Below are positions 26,301-38,300 of a stretch of DNA of 64,000 nucleotides, in pieces (the stretch's first letter is position 1; every line of letters begins with the position of its first letter). The stretch lies in contig CM119267.1 of the NCBI GenBank assembly GCA_051294375.1, positions 23,924,111 to 23,988,110 on the forward strand, given 5' to 3'. Source of the stretch: Paraspadella gotoi (taxonomy: Eukaryota > Animalia > Chaetognatha). The position numbers and the translations under genes are program-made. The notes beneath the pieces were generated by a model. It was not told the origin of the DNA. It was given only the letters and a program-made list of their open reading frames with translations, and made no database searches.

Positions 26301-29300
26301 GAAAACAAGGAGACCAGGGGGACAAAGGTAACCAAGGAGACAAAGGGAAAAAGGAGACCTTGGAGATAAAGGAAACAAAGGAAACCAGGAGACAAGGGTG
26401 ACAAAGGAGACACAGGAAGCAAAGGAGATCAAGGAGATAAAGGGAACAAAGGAGATCAGGGAGACAAGGGTAACAAAGGAGACCAGGGAGACAAGGGTGA
26501 GGAAGGAGACATAGGAAGCAAGGGAGACCAAGGAGATAAAGGGAACAAAGGAGACCAGGGATATAAAGGCGACCAAGGAGACAAAGGGAACAAAGGAGAC
26601 CAAGGAGATAAAGGAAACAAAGGAGATCAGGGAGACAAAGGTGACAAAGGAGACTTAGGAAGCAAAGGAGACCAAGGAGATAAAGGGATAAAAGGAGAGC
26701 TGGGAGACAAGGGTGACAAAGGAGACAAAGGGAACAAAGGAGACAAGGGAGATAACGGTGAAAAAGGAGACCATGGAGACAAGGGTGACCAAGGAGACAA
26801 AGGAAGCAAAGGAGACCAAGGAGATAAAGGGAACAAAGGAGACCAAGGAGACAAGGGTGACCAAGGAGACAAAGGAAACAAAGGGGACCAAGGAGATAAA
26901 GGGATCACGGGTGACAAAGGAGACAATGGAGACCAAGGAGATAAAGGGAACAAGGGATATCAGGGAGACAAGGGCGACCAAGGAGACATAGGAAGCAAAG
27001 GGGACCAAGGAGATAAAGGCACAAAAGGAGACCATGGAGATAAGGGCGACCAAGGAGATAAAGGGAATAAAGGTGACCAAGGAGATAAAGGGAACAAAGG
27101 AGACCAAGGAGACAAGGGTGACCAAGGAGACAAAGGAAGCAAAGGAGAGCAAGGAGACAAGGGCGACCAAGGAGATAAAGGGAATAAAGGAGACCAAGGA
27201 GATAAAGGGAACAAAGGAGACCAGGGATACAAGGGTGACAAAGGAGACATAGGAAACAAAGGAGACCAAGGAGATAAAGGCATAAAAGGAGACCATGGAT
27301 ACAAGGGTGACCAAGGAGATAAAGGGACTAAAGGAGACCACGGAGATAAAGGGAACAAAGGAGACCAGGGAGACAAGGGCGACCAAGGAAACATAGGAAG
27401 CAAAGGAGACCAAGGAGACAAAGGGAACAAAGGAAACCAGGGAGACTACGGTGAGAAAGGAAACATAGGAAACAAAGGAGAGCAAGGAGATAAAGGGATC
27501 AAAGGAGACCAGGGAAATAAGGGTGACAAAGGAGACATAGGAAGCAAAGGAGACCAAGGAGATAAAGGAAATAAAGGAGACCAAGGAGATAAAGGTGAAA
27601 AAGGAGACCAGGGAAACAAGGGCAACCAAGGAGACAAAGGGAACAAAGGAGACATGGGAGCCAAGGGCGGCCAAGGAGACAAAGGAAGCAAAGGAGACCA
27701 AGGAGATAAAGGGAACAAAGGAGACCAGGGAGACAAGGGCGACCAAGGAGACAAAGGGAACAAAGGGGACCAAGGAGATAAAGGGATTAAGGGTGACAAA
27801 GGAGACAAGGGAGACCAAGGAGATAAAGGGAATAAAGGAGACCAGGGTGACAAGGGTAACAAAGGAGACAGAGGAAGCAAAGGAGACCAAGGAGATAAAG
27901 GGGAAAAGGGAAACCGGGGAGACAAGGGCGACCAAGGAGACAAAGGAAATACAGGAGACCAAGGAGATAAAGGCACAAAAGGAGAACATGGAGAAAAAGG
28001 TGACCAAGGAGACAAAGGGAACAAAGGAGTCCAAGGAGATAAAGGGAACAAAGGAGACCATGGAGACAAGGGCGACCTAGGAGACAAAGGGAATAAAGGA
28101 GACCAAGGAGATAAAGGTGAAAAAGGAGACAATGGAGACAAGGGTAATAAAGGAGACAAAGGAAGCAAAGGAGATCAAGGAGATAAAGGTGAAAAAGGGG
28201 ATCATGGAGACAAAGGTGACCAAGGAGACAAAGGAAGCAAAGGAGATCAAGGAGATAAAGGAGACCGGGGAGAAAAGGGTGACCAAGGAGACAAAGGGAA
28301 TAAGGGAAACCAAGGAGATAAAGGTAAAAAAGGAGACCATGGAGACATGGGTAATAAAGGAGACAAAGGAAGCAAAGGAGACCAAGGAGATAAAGGTGAA
28401 AAAGGGGATCATGGAGACAAGGGAGACCAAGGAGACATAGGAAGCAAAGGGGATAAAGGAGATAAAGGAGACCAGGGAGACAAGGGCGACCAAGGAGACA
28501 AAGGAAATAAAGGAGACCAAGGAGATAAAGGTGAAAAAGGAGACCGTGGAGACAAGGGTGACCAAGGAGATAAAGGGAATAAAGGAGACCAAGGAGATAA
28601 AGGGGCAAAAGGAGACAACGGCGACCAAGGAGACAAAGGGAGCAAAGGAGACCATGGAGATAAAGGGAAAAAAGGAGACCAGGGAGACAAGGGCGACCAA
28701 GGAGACAAAGGGAATAAAGGAAACCAAGGGGATAAAGGGATAAAAGGAGAGCAGGGAGACAAGGGCAACCAAGGAGACAAAGGAAGCAAAGGAGACCAAG
28801 GAGATAAAGGGTACAAAGGGACCAGGGAGACAAGGGCGACCAAGGAGACAAAGGGAATAAAGGAGACCAAGGAGATAAAGGAAGCAGAGGAGACCAAAGG
28901 ATATAAAGGGGAAAAAGGAGATCAGGGAGGCAAGGGCGACCAAGGAGACAAAGGCAACAAAGGACACCAAGGAGATAAAGGCACAAAAGGAGGCCATGGA
29001 GACAAGGGAGACCAGGGAGATAAAGGGAACAAAGGAGACCTAGGAGATAAAGGTGCGAAAGGAGATCAGGGAGACAAGGGCGACCAAGGAGACAATGGGA
29101 ACAAAGGAGACCAAGGACATAAAGGTGCCAAAGGAGATCAGGGAGACAAGGGCGACCAAGGAGACAATGGGATTAAAGGAGACCAAGGGAAAAAAGGGGA
29201 AAAAGGTAATCAGGGAAACAAAGGAGAAAAAGGTAAAAAAGGAGATCAGGGAAACAAAGGAGACAAAGGACACAAAGGCAATAAAGGGGACAAAGGTAAA

Positions 29301-32300
29301 AAGGGAGACCAGGGAGATAAGGGAGACCATGGAGACAAAGGAGACAAGGGCAACCAGGGAGACAAAGGTGAAAATGGAAATCAGGGAGGCAAAGGAGATC
29401 AAGGAGACAAGGGTGACCAAGGAGACAAGGGTGAATATGGAACAAACGGAAACAAGGGAGACAAAGGTGACCAGGGAGACAAAGGTGACAAAGGACAAAA
29501 AGGAAATCATGGAGATAAGGGAACCAAGGGGGACAAGGGGGACCAAGGAGACAAAGGTGAAAAGGGAGATCAGGGAGATAAGGGCGACAAAGGTGATCAA
29601 GGAGACAAAGGAGACCTAGGAGACAAAGGACAAAAAGGATATCAGGGAGATAAGGGCAACCGGGGAGACAAAGGGGACCAAGGAGACAAAGGTAAAAAGG
29701 GAGATGTTGGAGATAAAGGAGATCAGGGGGACAAAGGACACCAAGGAGACAAAGGACAAAAAGGAGAACATGGAGATAAGGGAAACCATGGAGACAAAGG
29801 GGACCAAGGAGACAAAGGTGAAAAAGGAGATCAGGGAGACAAGGGAGATCAAGGGAACAAGGGAGACAAAGGTAACCAAGGAGACAAAGGAGTCCAAGGA
29901 GACAAAGGCCAAAAAGGATATCAGGGAGATAAAGGAAACCAAGGAGACAAAGGGAACCTAGGAGACAAGGGAGATCAAGGAGACAAAGGTGAAAAGGGCG
30001 ATTTAGGAATGCAGGGAGATAAGGGCAACCAAGGAGAAAAAGGAAACCAGGGCGACAAAGGCAAAAAGGGGGATCATGGAGACAAGGGAGAAAAGGGTAA
30101 CCATGGAGACAAAGGTAAAAAAGGAGATCATGGAGACAAAGGGGACCAAGGAGAACAAGGGGACAAAGGTGAAAAAGGAAATCAGGGAGCCAAGGGAGAC
30201 AAAGGAAACCAGGGAGACAAAGGGAACCCTGGAGACAAAGGACATCAAGGAGACAAAGGTGAAAAGGGCGATTTAGGAATGCAGGGAGATAAGGGCAACC
30301 AAGGAGACAAAGGAAACCAGGGTGACAAAGGCAAAAAGGGGGAGCATGGAGCCCAGGGAGAAAAGGGTGACCATGGAAATAAAGGTAAAAAAGGAGATCA
30401 AGGAGACAAAGGGGGCCAAGGAGACAAAGGTGAAAAAGGAGTTCCGGGAGACAAGGGATACCAGGGAGACAAAGGCAACCAAGGAGATAAAGGTGAAAAG
30501 GGAGATCAAGGCGATAAGGGATATAAGGGAAACCAGGGTGTGAAGGGAGACAAGGGTGAGCAAGGAGACAAGGGTAAAAAAGGAACTCATGGAGACAAAG
30601 GGGACCAAGGAGACAAAGGTGAAAAAGGAGATAAGGGATATAAGGGAAACCATGGAGACAAGGGAGACAAGGGTGAGCAAGGAGACAAAGGGGAACAGGG
30701 AGGCAAAGGAAACAAAGGAGACAAAGGCAATGAGGGAGACCAAGGAGAAAAGGGTAATCTTGGGGACAAGGGGCATCATGGTGACAAGGGTGAAAATGGA
30801 GATAAGGGAGATAAGGGTACCCAGGGAGACAAAGGCAACAAGGGTGATCAAGGGGACAAGGGCAACAAGGGCGAGCAAGGAAACAAAGGGGACCAAGGAG
30901 ACAAAGGAGAAAAGGGAGATCAGGGAGACAAGGGAGAGAAGGGAATTAAGGGCGTGCAAGGAGACCAAGGTGAAAAGGGAGATCAGGGAAACAAAGGGGT
31001 CCAAGGCAACAAAGGTCATAAGGGAGATCAGGGAAACAAGGGCAACAAGGGAAACAATGGGGCCCAAGGAGATAAAGGCCAAAAGGGAGATAAGGGAGAC
31101 AAAGGAGTCCAGGGAGACATGGGAATGAAGGGCGACAAAGGAGAAGAAGGTGCAAAGGGTGAGCAAGGACAACAAGGATTCAAAGGAGACAAGGGTGAAA
31201 CTGGAATGCAAGGCGCAAAAGGAGAACAAGGTGCTACGGGACAAGCTGGCGGTAGAATACAATACATCTTCGGAGAAGGTATTTTTCTTGCCTCGAGTAT
31301 ATTTCCTTTTTTCTCTATTGATACTTTTTTTTACAATGCCGATTTTGCTCCGTCTCTTGCTAGACATTCCTGCATCGTCGTCCATAGCAAAACTTCCAGG
31401 CTTCACCAAGTGTCGCGTGGATTCCGACGTCGTCGAGATGTGCGTCTTTGTATTGGACAAAAACAGCCTTGTTGCTCAGGACTTTTCAGCCGAAGGAGGC
31501 ACACGTAACTCCGTTTTTCAACTTCTGCGGGGTGACGGAGGCGCGGGGGGATGTACAGTAAATAAAAACAACGCCTCTTTGGATTATTACCAGGTATGTA
31601 AAATATCTTTCTATGGCAACAGCCGGGAATCTCACTTTTGGCTTTGAGGACTTCCGACCCTCAGTGAGATTTCTTGTCACTGGCACGGTTATCCTACGAC
31701 GGACTCGCTTTGCCAATGCAGAGGGAAGTCGTTAGGACTGTCGATGGAACGTAACGCTTGGGTTGGTGCATTCCACCTCTGATCCAATGGGATTGGCTGA
31801 ACGATGGTGGATGTGAGGCGGTGTGAATATACGGCCACATTCTCGTTCTTTTTTCACTGAGACATATTTCTCAAACAATATAATTTTTACTTTTATGGTT
31901 AGGGAATACATTTTAATATTAATTATCATCGGATAATAACAAAATCCAAAACTCAAAAATTTAACAATAATATTAATATAAGGCATGTTTTAATGAAAAA
32001 AACATAATGCTTGTACTGTAGTCGGGCATTGCCTAGGTTCACCCCACCTATAAGCATAACACTTTCAGTTGTGACCCGGTGGCTCATTGAGTAAAGACAT
32101 CAGCTCATGCCCACTATGTCAATCCCAACCCGGTTCCTATCCTGCGGGAAGCGTGAGGATGGCCGTAAGCCGCCTTGGGGGTGTGGCAAACCCTCAAGCC
32201 TGGTTCCAAGCCCAGGAACCTGTTTCATGGCTGCTAGAGGGGGTTATAGAAGTTACGGACAGTCATCTTCAGCCCACGCAGCGCCTTATCCACACTGGTG

Positions 32301-35300
32301 AGCCTATTCTGTCGAGCGTATTCCAACCTCCTGATTCCAGGCCCATGGACATGCCAAAGAATGCTCCCTTTCCTCTACTGGAAGCAGTGCAGGAGGGGTT
32401 ACAATCTGGAGGGCATGTAGTTGGGCATTGCCTAGGTTCACCCCGCCTATAAGCATGACACTTTCAGTTGTGACCCAGTGGCTCATTGAGTAAAGCCATC
32501 AGATTATGACCACTAGGTACCAGGTTCAATCCCATCCCAGTACCTACCCTGCGGGAAACGTGAGGATGGTAATAAGCTGCCTTGGGGGTGTGGCAAACCC
32601 TTAAGCCTGGTTCCAAGCCCAGGGCCCGTTCCATGGCTGCTAGAGGGCGTTATAGAATTTACGGATAGTCATCTTCAGCCCACCTAGCGCCTTATCCACA
32701 GTACTATTACTAATAGTAACGAGTAATAGTAATATATAATCAGCTATATCGCTACTCGTCCCATACGCCCTCAGATTTCGGATTTCTACGAAAACGGCGT
32801 GGCCAATTTTCAAAAGACGCCAACGTCGACGACGGGATCGAACTCTAACCACGAACTCATTAGATTCTGCGTCGACGCCCAAGCCTGTGCCCTTCAAGTG
32901 AGCGATGTTACTGGTCCGAGAATATTGGCAAAACTTTTTTATCGTGTTTCTTTTTTTACAAAAAGTTAGGAGAGAACAAGTGGAAAATAAACGATATGAT
33001 AAATTTGGTAATAATGTTCGTTTAAATTGCATTGACATGGATGAGACTTCCGAGCGTATTTATATCCAGGATCGCCAGTTATCATATATCTCTCTCTCTC
33101 TCTTGGATTTTCTGAAGATCTTTTAAGAATTATTCACTCTTACTTAAAAGATAGAGAAATGAATGTAATTGAAGGTGTTTATCTATTTACAGTAGCGTTA
33201 CTTTAATTTTGGAGTCCTTCTAATTTTACATTAACCTTTGAACGACGATTAAAAAGGAGTCTAGCCGCGGAGAGTGTGCCCATGACCGTATCCGTGTCTT
33301 CATTCATTCTCTCTCTCTCTCTCTCTCTCCCTCCCCTACTCCCACACGCCACAGGGCACGGAGGCGGTGGAAGTTGGAGCCTTCAATGGCGGCACCAACT
33401 ACACAACTTTCTCGGCGACGCTCAAAGTTTCTGACGCTTCCGTGCCGGAGGCTGAACGGTCTCGCCCCGTCGGCTGCCGCTTCCTCTCCATTACCTCGGG
33501 TCTGTTTTCTTTTTCTTTCATAAAAAAAAGTAAAATAGTTGTTTAAATATGTATTTAAATCTAGAAATACGCATTTTATTTGGTTAAAACTGTGGTTTCA
33601 GTTACTATACTATAGTCTATAGGCATAACGAAATAGTACTTTATGCTAAATAGCAAATACAATAGCAATTAAAGTAATGAACGATAATCTTTCATCTATC
33701 TTGATGATCAAACATTAGTAGTTATCTTCGTCTTAGAGCGAAGCGAATAAGATTTTCTTTACACTACAAACTTGTGTGTTTATTGAAAGTTGTATTTTTT
33801 TGTATATAGTACTTAGTTTATTGTACCACTACGTTAATCTAAAAGTTATCAACGTTAAAAAACTTAAGCTGGGTTCATGCCTAATGTCTTGGGCAACTTT
33901 TAAATTTCTTTTCGTTTTTCGAATTCGTAATTCGAATGGTGGTAAGTCGCCTCATTATAAAAATTAAAGCATTGGCAAATCTTTTATTTATTGATACGTG
34001 TAATTTAAACCTTTAATGCTTTAAACTTAATAACTTTTAATTTTTATGTAAATCTATTTCATGGATGATTTAAGTATCAATCACCTAACGATTAACCTAA
34101 TGATTTAAGTATCAATCTCCTATCGCTTTGAATAATAGGTTCGATAAGCGTTGGCGTAAAGACTCAACCAATAGACGTCGTCGGCACGGAACTGACTGCT
34201 TGGGTCAAACTGTACACGCGACACCCAGACACAGGAGGTAATTAAAACTAAGTAAAAAGGCCACTAATGTAGTAATGATTATTTGTTTCTCGCTAAACCG
34301 TTGCTGTTTTCTCCTGATTTCTTCGCCTCCTTTCATATCAACTCACAATTTAACATTGACATTTGTCTCATCTTCTCCAGCACCCGACCTGCTCATCGCG
34401 GATTCCGTGGCCAACCCCGACTCCCCGGCGAAGGTCACCCTCGGTCAGTCGCTTATCCTGGAGGTGGACGTCACCGAGGAGCGTCTCTTTCCCGGACGAG
34501 AGACGGCGTTCGCTTCTGTCCTCGTCGAGGACGACGCCGGCGGCTCCTTCCAGCTTATCCAATCCACAGGTACAGACTACAGAGTCCTCGCGGTCCACAT
34601 GTATTAGGTTTCAAGAGAATATCAATAGGTCAAATGGTCTGATGTACTATGCGAGAGGCTGATTTGATAATTGATATGGTATGCAATATAATTATTAGTT
34701 ATTGTGAATATTTATGTGATATCACATTATGATTAATTTATGATTTATGATTTATAGAATTCTCTGTTTATCGAGTTAATTTTTAATGTTTTATATGTAA
34801 GTAAAACATGTATTTGTGTAGTATAATCAACGACGTTCACGGTATCATATTATATATTATATTATATTAACCCGGAGAGAAGCGAAACGCGTTACAACGG
34901 TTATCAAAGAAAGGTTGACAAAGAAAATAAATTTAAAAACAAAAGGAATTTACATCTATGCTGTACTGGCCGGTAAACTTATTAATATTCAAAGACAATT
35001 ATGACGTTAATGTGATCCCTGCCGTTGTTTAGTTAGTTTTTCTTTAACTGTTGTGGGTTAAGGCGTCAACAAGACCACCCCTCTTAGAAGATAATGACCA
35101 TTGACCAAGCAGGATCCTGAAAGCTTTCAATAAAGACCCAGAGTCAATAATTTGTTGTTTAAACGATGAAAGTTTTATAATAAGATTATATGGCAACCTG
35201 TTACCTGTGATGCCCATTGAGCTGTTTTTATTAGTGTCTTTTTCTGTTGATTTGCGTGCTTATATAATATTATATAATATTATGAAATTGGTACAACCAA

Positions 35301-38300
35301 TATAAAATATATATATATATATAATAGTGTGGATGGCACGCAACGCTTGGGATTGGCTGAACGATGGTGGATGTGAGGCGGTGTGTATAATGTATATACC
35401 ACCACAGTTATTTAATTCCTTGAGAAAAACACATTTCGAAGGCTTCTGCCTTATTCATTTTCCTTATGACGAAAACCAATTTAAATTTAAAGTTTGTTAT
35501 TTATTTACTCTCTCAGGCGATCCAACTGATCCTTCACAATTCCGAGCGAACTGCGTCCCAGACTCCTTGCGCGCAGCCAGCGGCGGCACTCTTTACTATG
35601 TCGAACCCTCAAGCACGGATCAGCCCCTCGGAAGGATGATTTGGGATGTCTTTGCGGTTAGCATTATTAAATTATATTATTCATGAAAATTCATGAAAAA
35701 TCAAATTGTATTAATGAATAAATAAATGATATATGATCGTCTAATCGTTTCTATGACTAAAGTTCCAAGGCTCGAATGGCCAAACGACCCAACTCAAATT
35801 AACGGCCACGATCGTCGTCTGCCTCGACAATAAGTCTCCTTGTCGCGACACTTGCTCCGCGGCAAGGCGGCGCTCGGGCGGGGGCGCCGCTAACGCCACC
35901 GCTATCCAGGTTCGCCACGAACGAATAACTTTCTTACGCATTAGGAGCGTGCGAAATACTATTAGCAGAATTTGATTGGGCAAAGTTTTAAGTTATGTGA
36001 CTTTATTTTATAATATTATAAATTTTTAAAACCCCTATCTTAAAAATTTCAAAATATCTATCAATTTCGTTTCTACCCCTTCCCTTCGCCAGGCCACAGT
36101 TCCCCTTTACGTGGTCAATCCCGAAATCAGCTGTTCCAACCAATCCACTATAAAGGACGGCACGACAGTGTGCAACGGCAACTCACCCGAGTCGCGATGC
36201 GCACACGAATGCCCTAAAGGGTTTTTGTTGAGCGGAGATAATCTACAGACCTGCGCCATCAATTACCAGTCCATCGACGGAAGAATATTTTATAGCTGGT
36301 CGGCCGATTGGAATCCCTCGACAACGCCGACTTGCGAAAGTAAGTATTCAAGAGATATTTCATATTATTTTTATTTTAGTTATACTCAGTAATATTGTGA
36401 AATTCCGAAGATCTTACGAACGACGGCCTGTTTTTATTAATTACCGGTGCAGACTGCAGAGTCTCTACCAGAGAGATAAGAAATGACAACCTTTTGTGTT
36501 TTGTGTTTCCTTTGCCTTAAATTCCTGAATACAACTTCGGTTTTAGTGATATCCGTTGCGTCAGTGGTATATGACGCTTTTGTAAGGGCAGTTCCACCTT
36601 GGGTTTGTTCCCAATACAAGGCCATTGGATTTAGTAATGCTTATATTTCGCATCAAGGGCAAGGCATTAGATTTTGAAGGTCTGATCCTTTTCGGGCGAA
36701 AACTAAGTTTGAAGAAAATAAGACAGAAATAATTGTTATGAGTTAGTGACAGAACCATTCAATATAAACAGCCCCTGAGTTTCGGATCAAGCTGTAAAAC
36801 CGTTTTACAGGCGGGTTAAGCACCCCGTCCCTCTAAACTGTTAGTCGGCTACCGGTCTAAAACGCCGGACATTTGGGTTGGGAGGCGAATGACTTGCCTC
36901 CTGCGCCAAGGGCCGCTGATGAACGGTTGGTGGATTTAGTCCACCATAAGTTTATACTACCTATTATCATAATATTGCCTGGTTAAATAATCATTCGTTG
37001 ATTTTCGTTTATCTTTCATATTAAATGATAAATTAGGAATTTTGTTCAATTACGTACGTATATCGTGTATCAGTATAAGCACGACACCTTGCGGGAGTGT
37101 CTTTAATCTTGAATGCGAGAAAAGATTTTCTTGCTTTCCTCGAAGTGATTAATTTCGCCGGTTTTGATAATTATCAATTGACGCACTGCTATATTGATCA
37201 AATACGAATAAATAGTTATAAATATGAATGTAATTCGAATTTAAGGTTTATACTAATTTTATCTTTACCTACTCCCCTAATCCTTTGAAAAAAGATATCG
37301 ACGAGTGCCAGCAAGAGAACGCATGTACCGGCAATAAAGACTGCACGGACACCCACGGTAGCCACATTTGCACCTGCCCAGCCAACACCCGCCCCCTCAA
37401 TGACATCTGTCAGGATGTCAAGGAAGCAGTGTGTCAAACATCCGCGTTGGGCGTCACCTACGACTCCGCAATGGCCGACAAGACGAGCCCCGAATTCCTG
37501 AATGCGAAGAGTGTGATCGAGCCAGAAGTGAGTTTAAAACAGAGTTGGTATTAAAAAACCCACCAAAAAAAAACCCAGCTTAAAAAAAACCAAAAAACCG
37601 ACTAAAAAGTAGGTTTTTTTTTTTTGGGGGGGGGGTTTGAGTTTTATTGGGTTTTTTATGGGTTTTTTTAAATTATAGATACAAATTTAAAATATTTATA
37701 CTTCTTAAGTGATTACTAATAAAAATATATAAAAATATATGATTATATTTAATAATAGTATTAATTAATTAATATTTTTTATGGTAAACAGAAATATAAT
37801 AAATATAAATATTATATTTTCTGAATAAAACCTGTGGGCTGGGTTTTTTTTAAAACAAGTTTGAGCAAACAATGTCGGATCTTCCCATGATCATTATCGG
37901 TAATTAATTAATTAATAATTAATTCAAGTTAATTATTTAATTAATTAGGCTATTAATTAATTTGATCCAAAATGTTTGTTTTGATTGATTAATTGACTTA
38001 TTAATTAATTATTGATTAATTAATTGACTAATTGATTAATTAACTAATTAATTATTTTATAAATTAATACATCTTGCATTTACATTTAAAATAAAAAGAA
38101 AAAGAAGCATAATCAAACAATTCCATTAAAACTTGATTTCCAGTTTAATCACACACTTTTCTACCCAAATACAAAATTTCAAGTCAATCGCCCCATCCAC
38201 TCATGAGTAATTGATGTTCAAATAGTGAAATATATTTTTTTGTTTTTTTCATTTAAACTCATTTCCAGTCGGACGATTCCATCAAAACTTCATATACAGC

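Noticed and set aside
20662-31460. Many long antisense and off-frame ORFs (SPLSPW, LVSFVS, KETKEI, LLCFLC)
   Set aside because: Shadows of the purine-rich 9-nt collagen repeat; only the Gly-X-Y frame has conserved codon positions and splice context. The same applies at 57292-63964.
31252-31508. Collagen ORF tail GRIQYIFGEG...RRRHT* as the true C-terminus
   Set aside because: Read-through into a pyrimidine-rich intron; the GT at 31252 and AG at 31363 join in phase to an 11-exon open frame.
35327-35380. Possible extra gene C exon (WMARNAWDWLNDGGCEA)
   Set aside because: It would break phase between 34569 and 35517, and nearly the same sequence recurs at 31742-31825, so it is a dispersed repeat fragment.
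36742-36948. Structured ncRNA or ribozyme (compensatory hairpin changes between copies, ggcgaatg, ctgatga)
   Set aside because: No complete HDV, twister or hammerhead topology could be built; the tRNA-like head on the minus strand explains it as a SINE.
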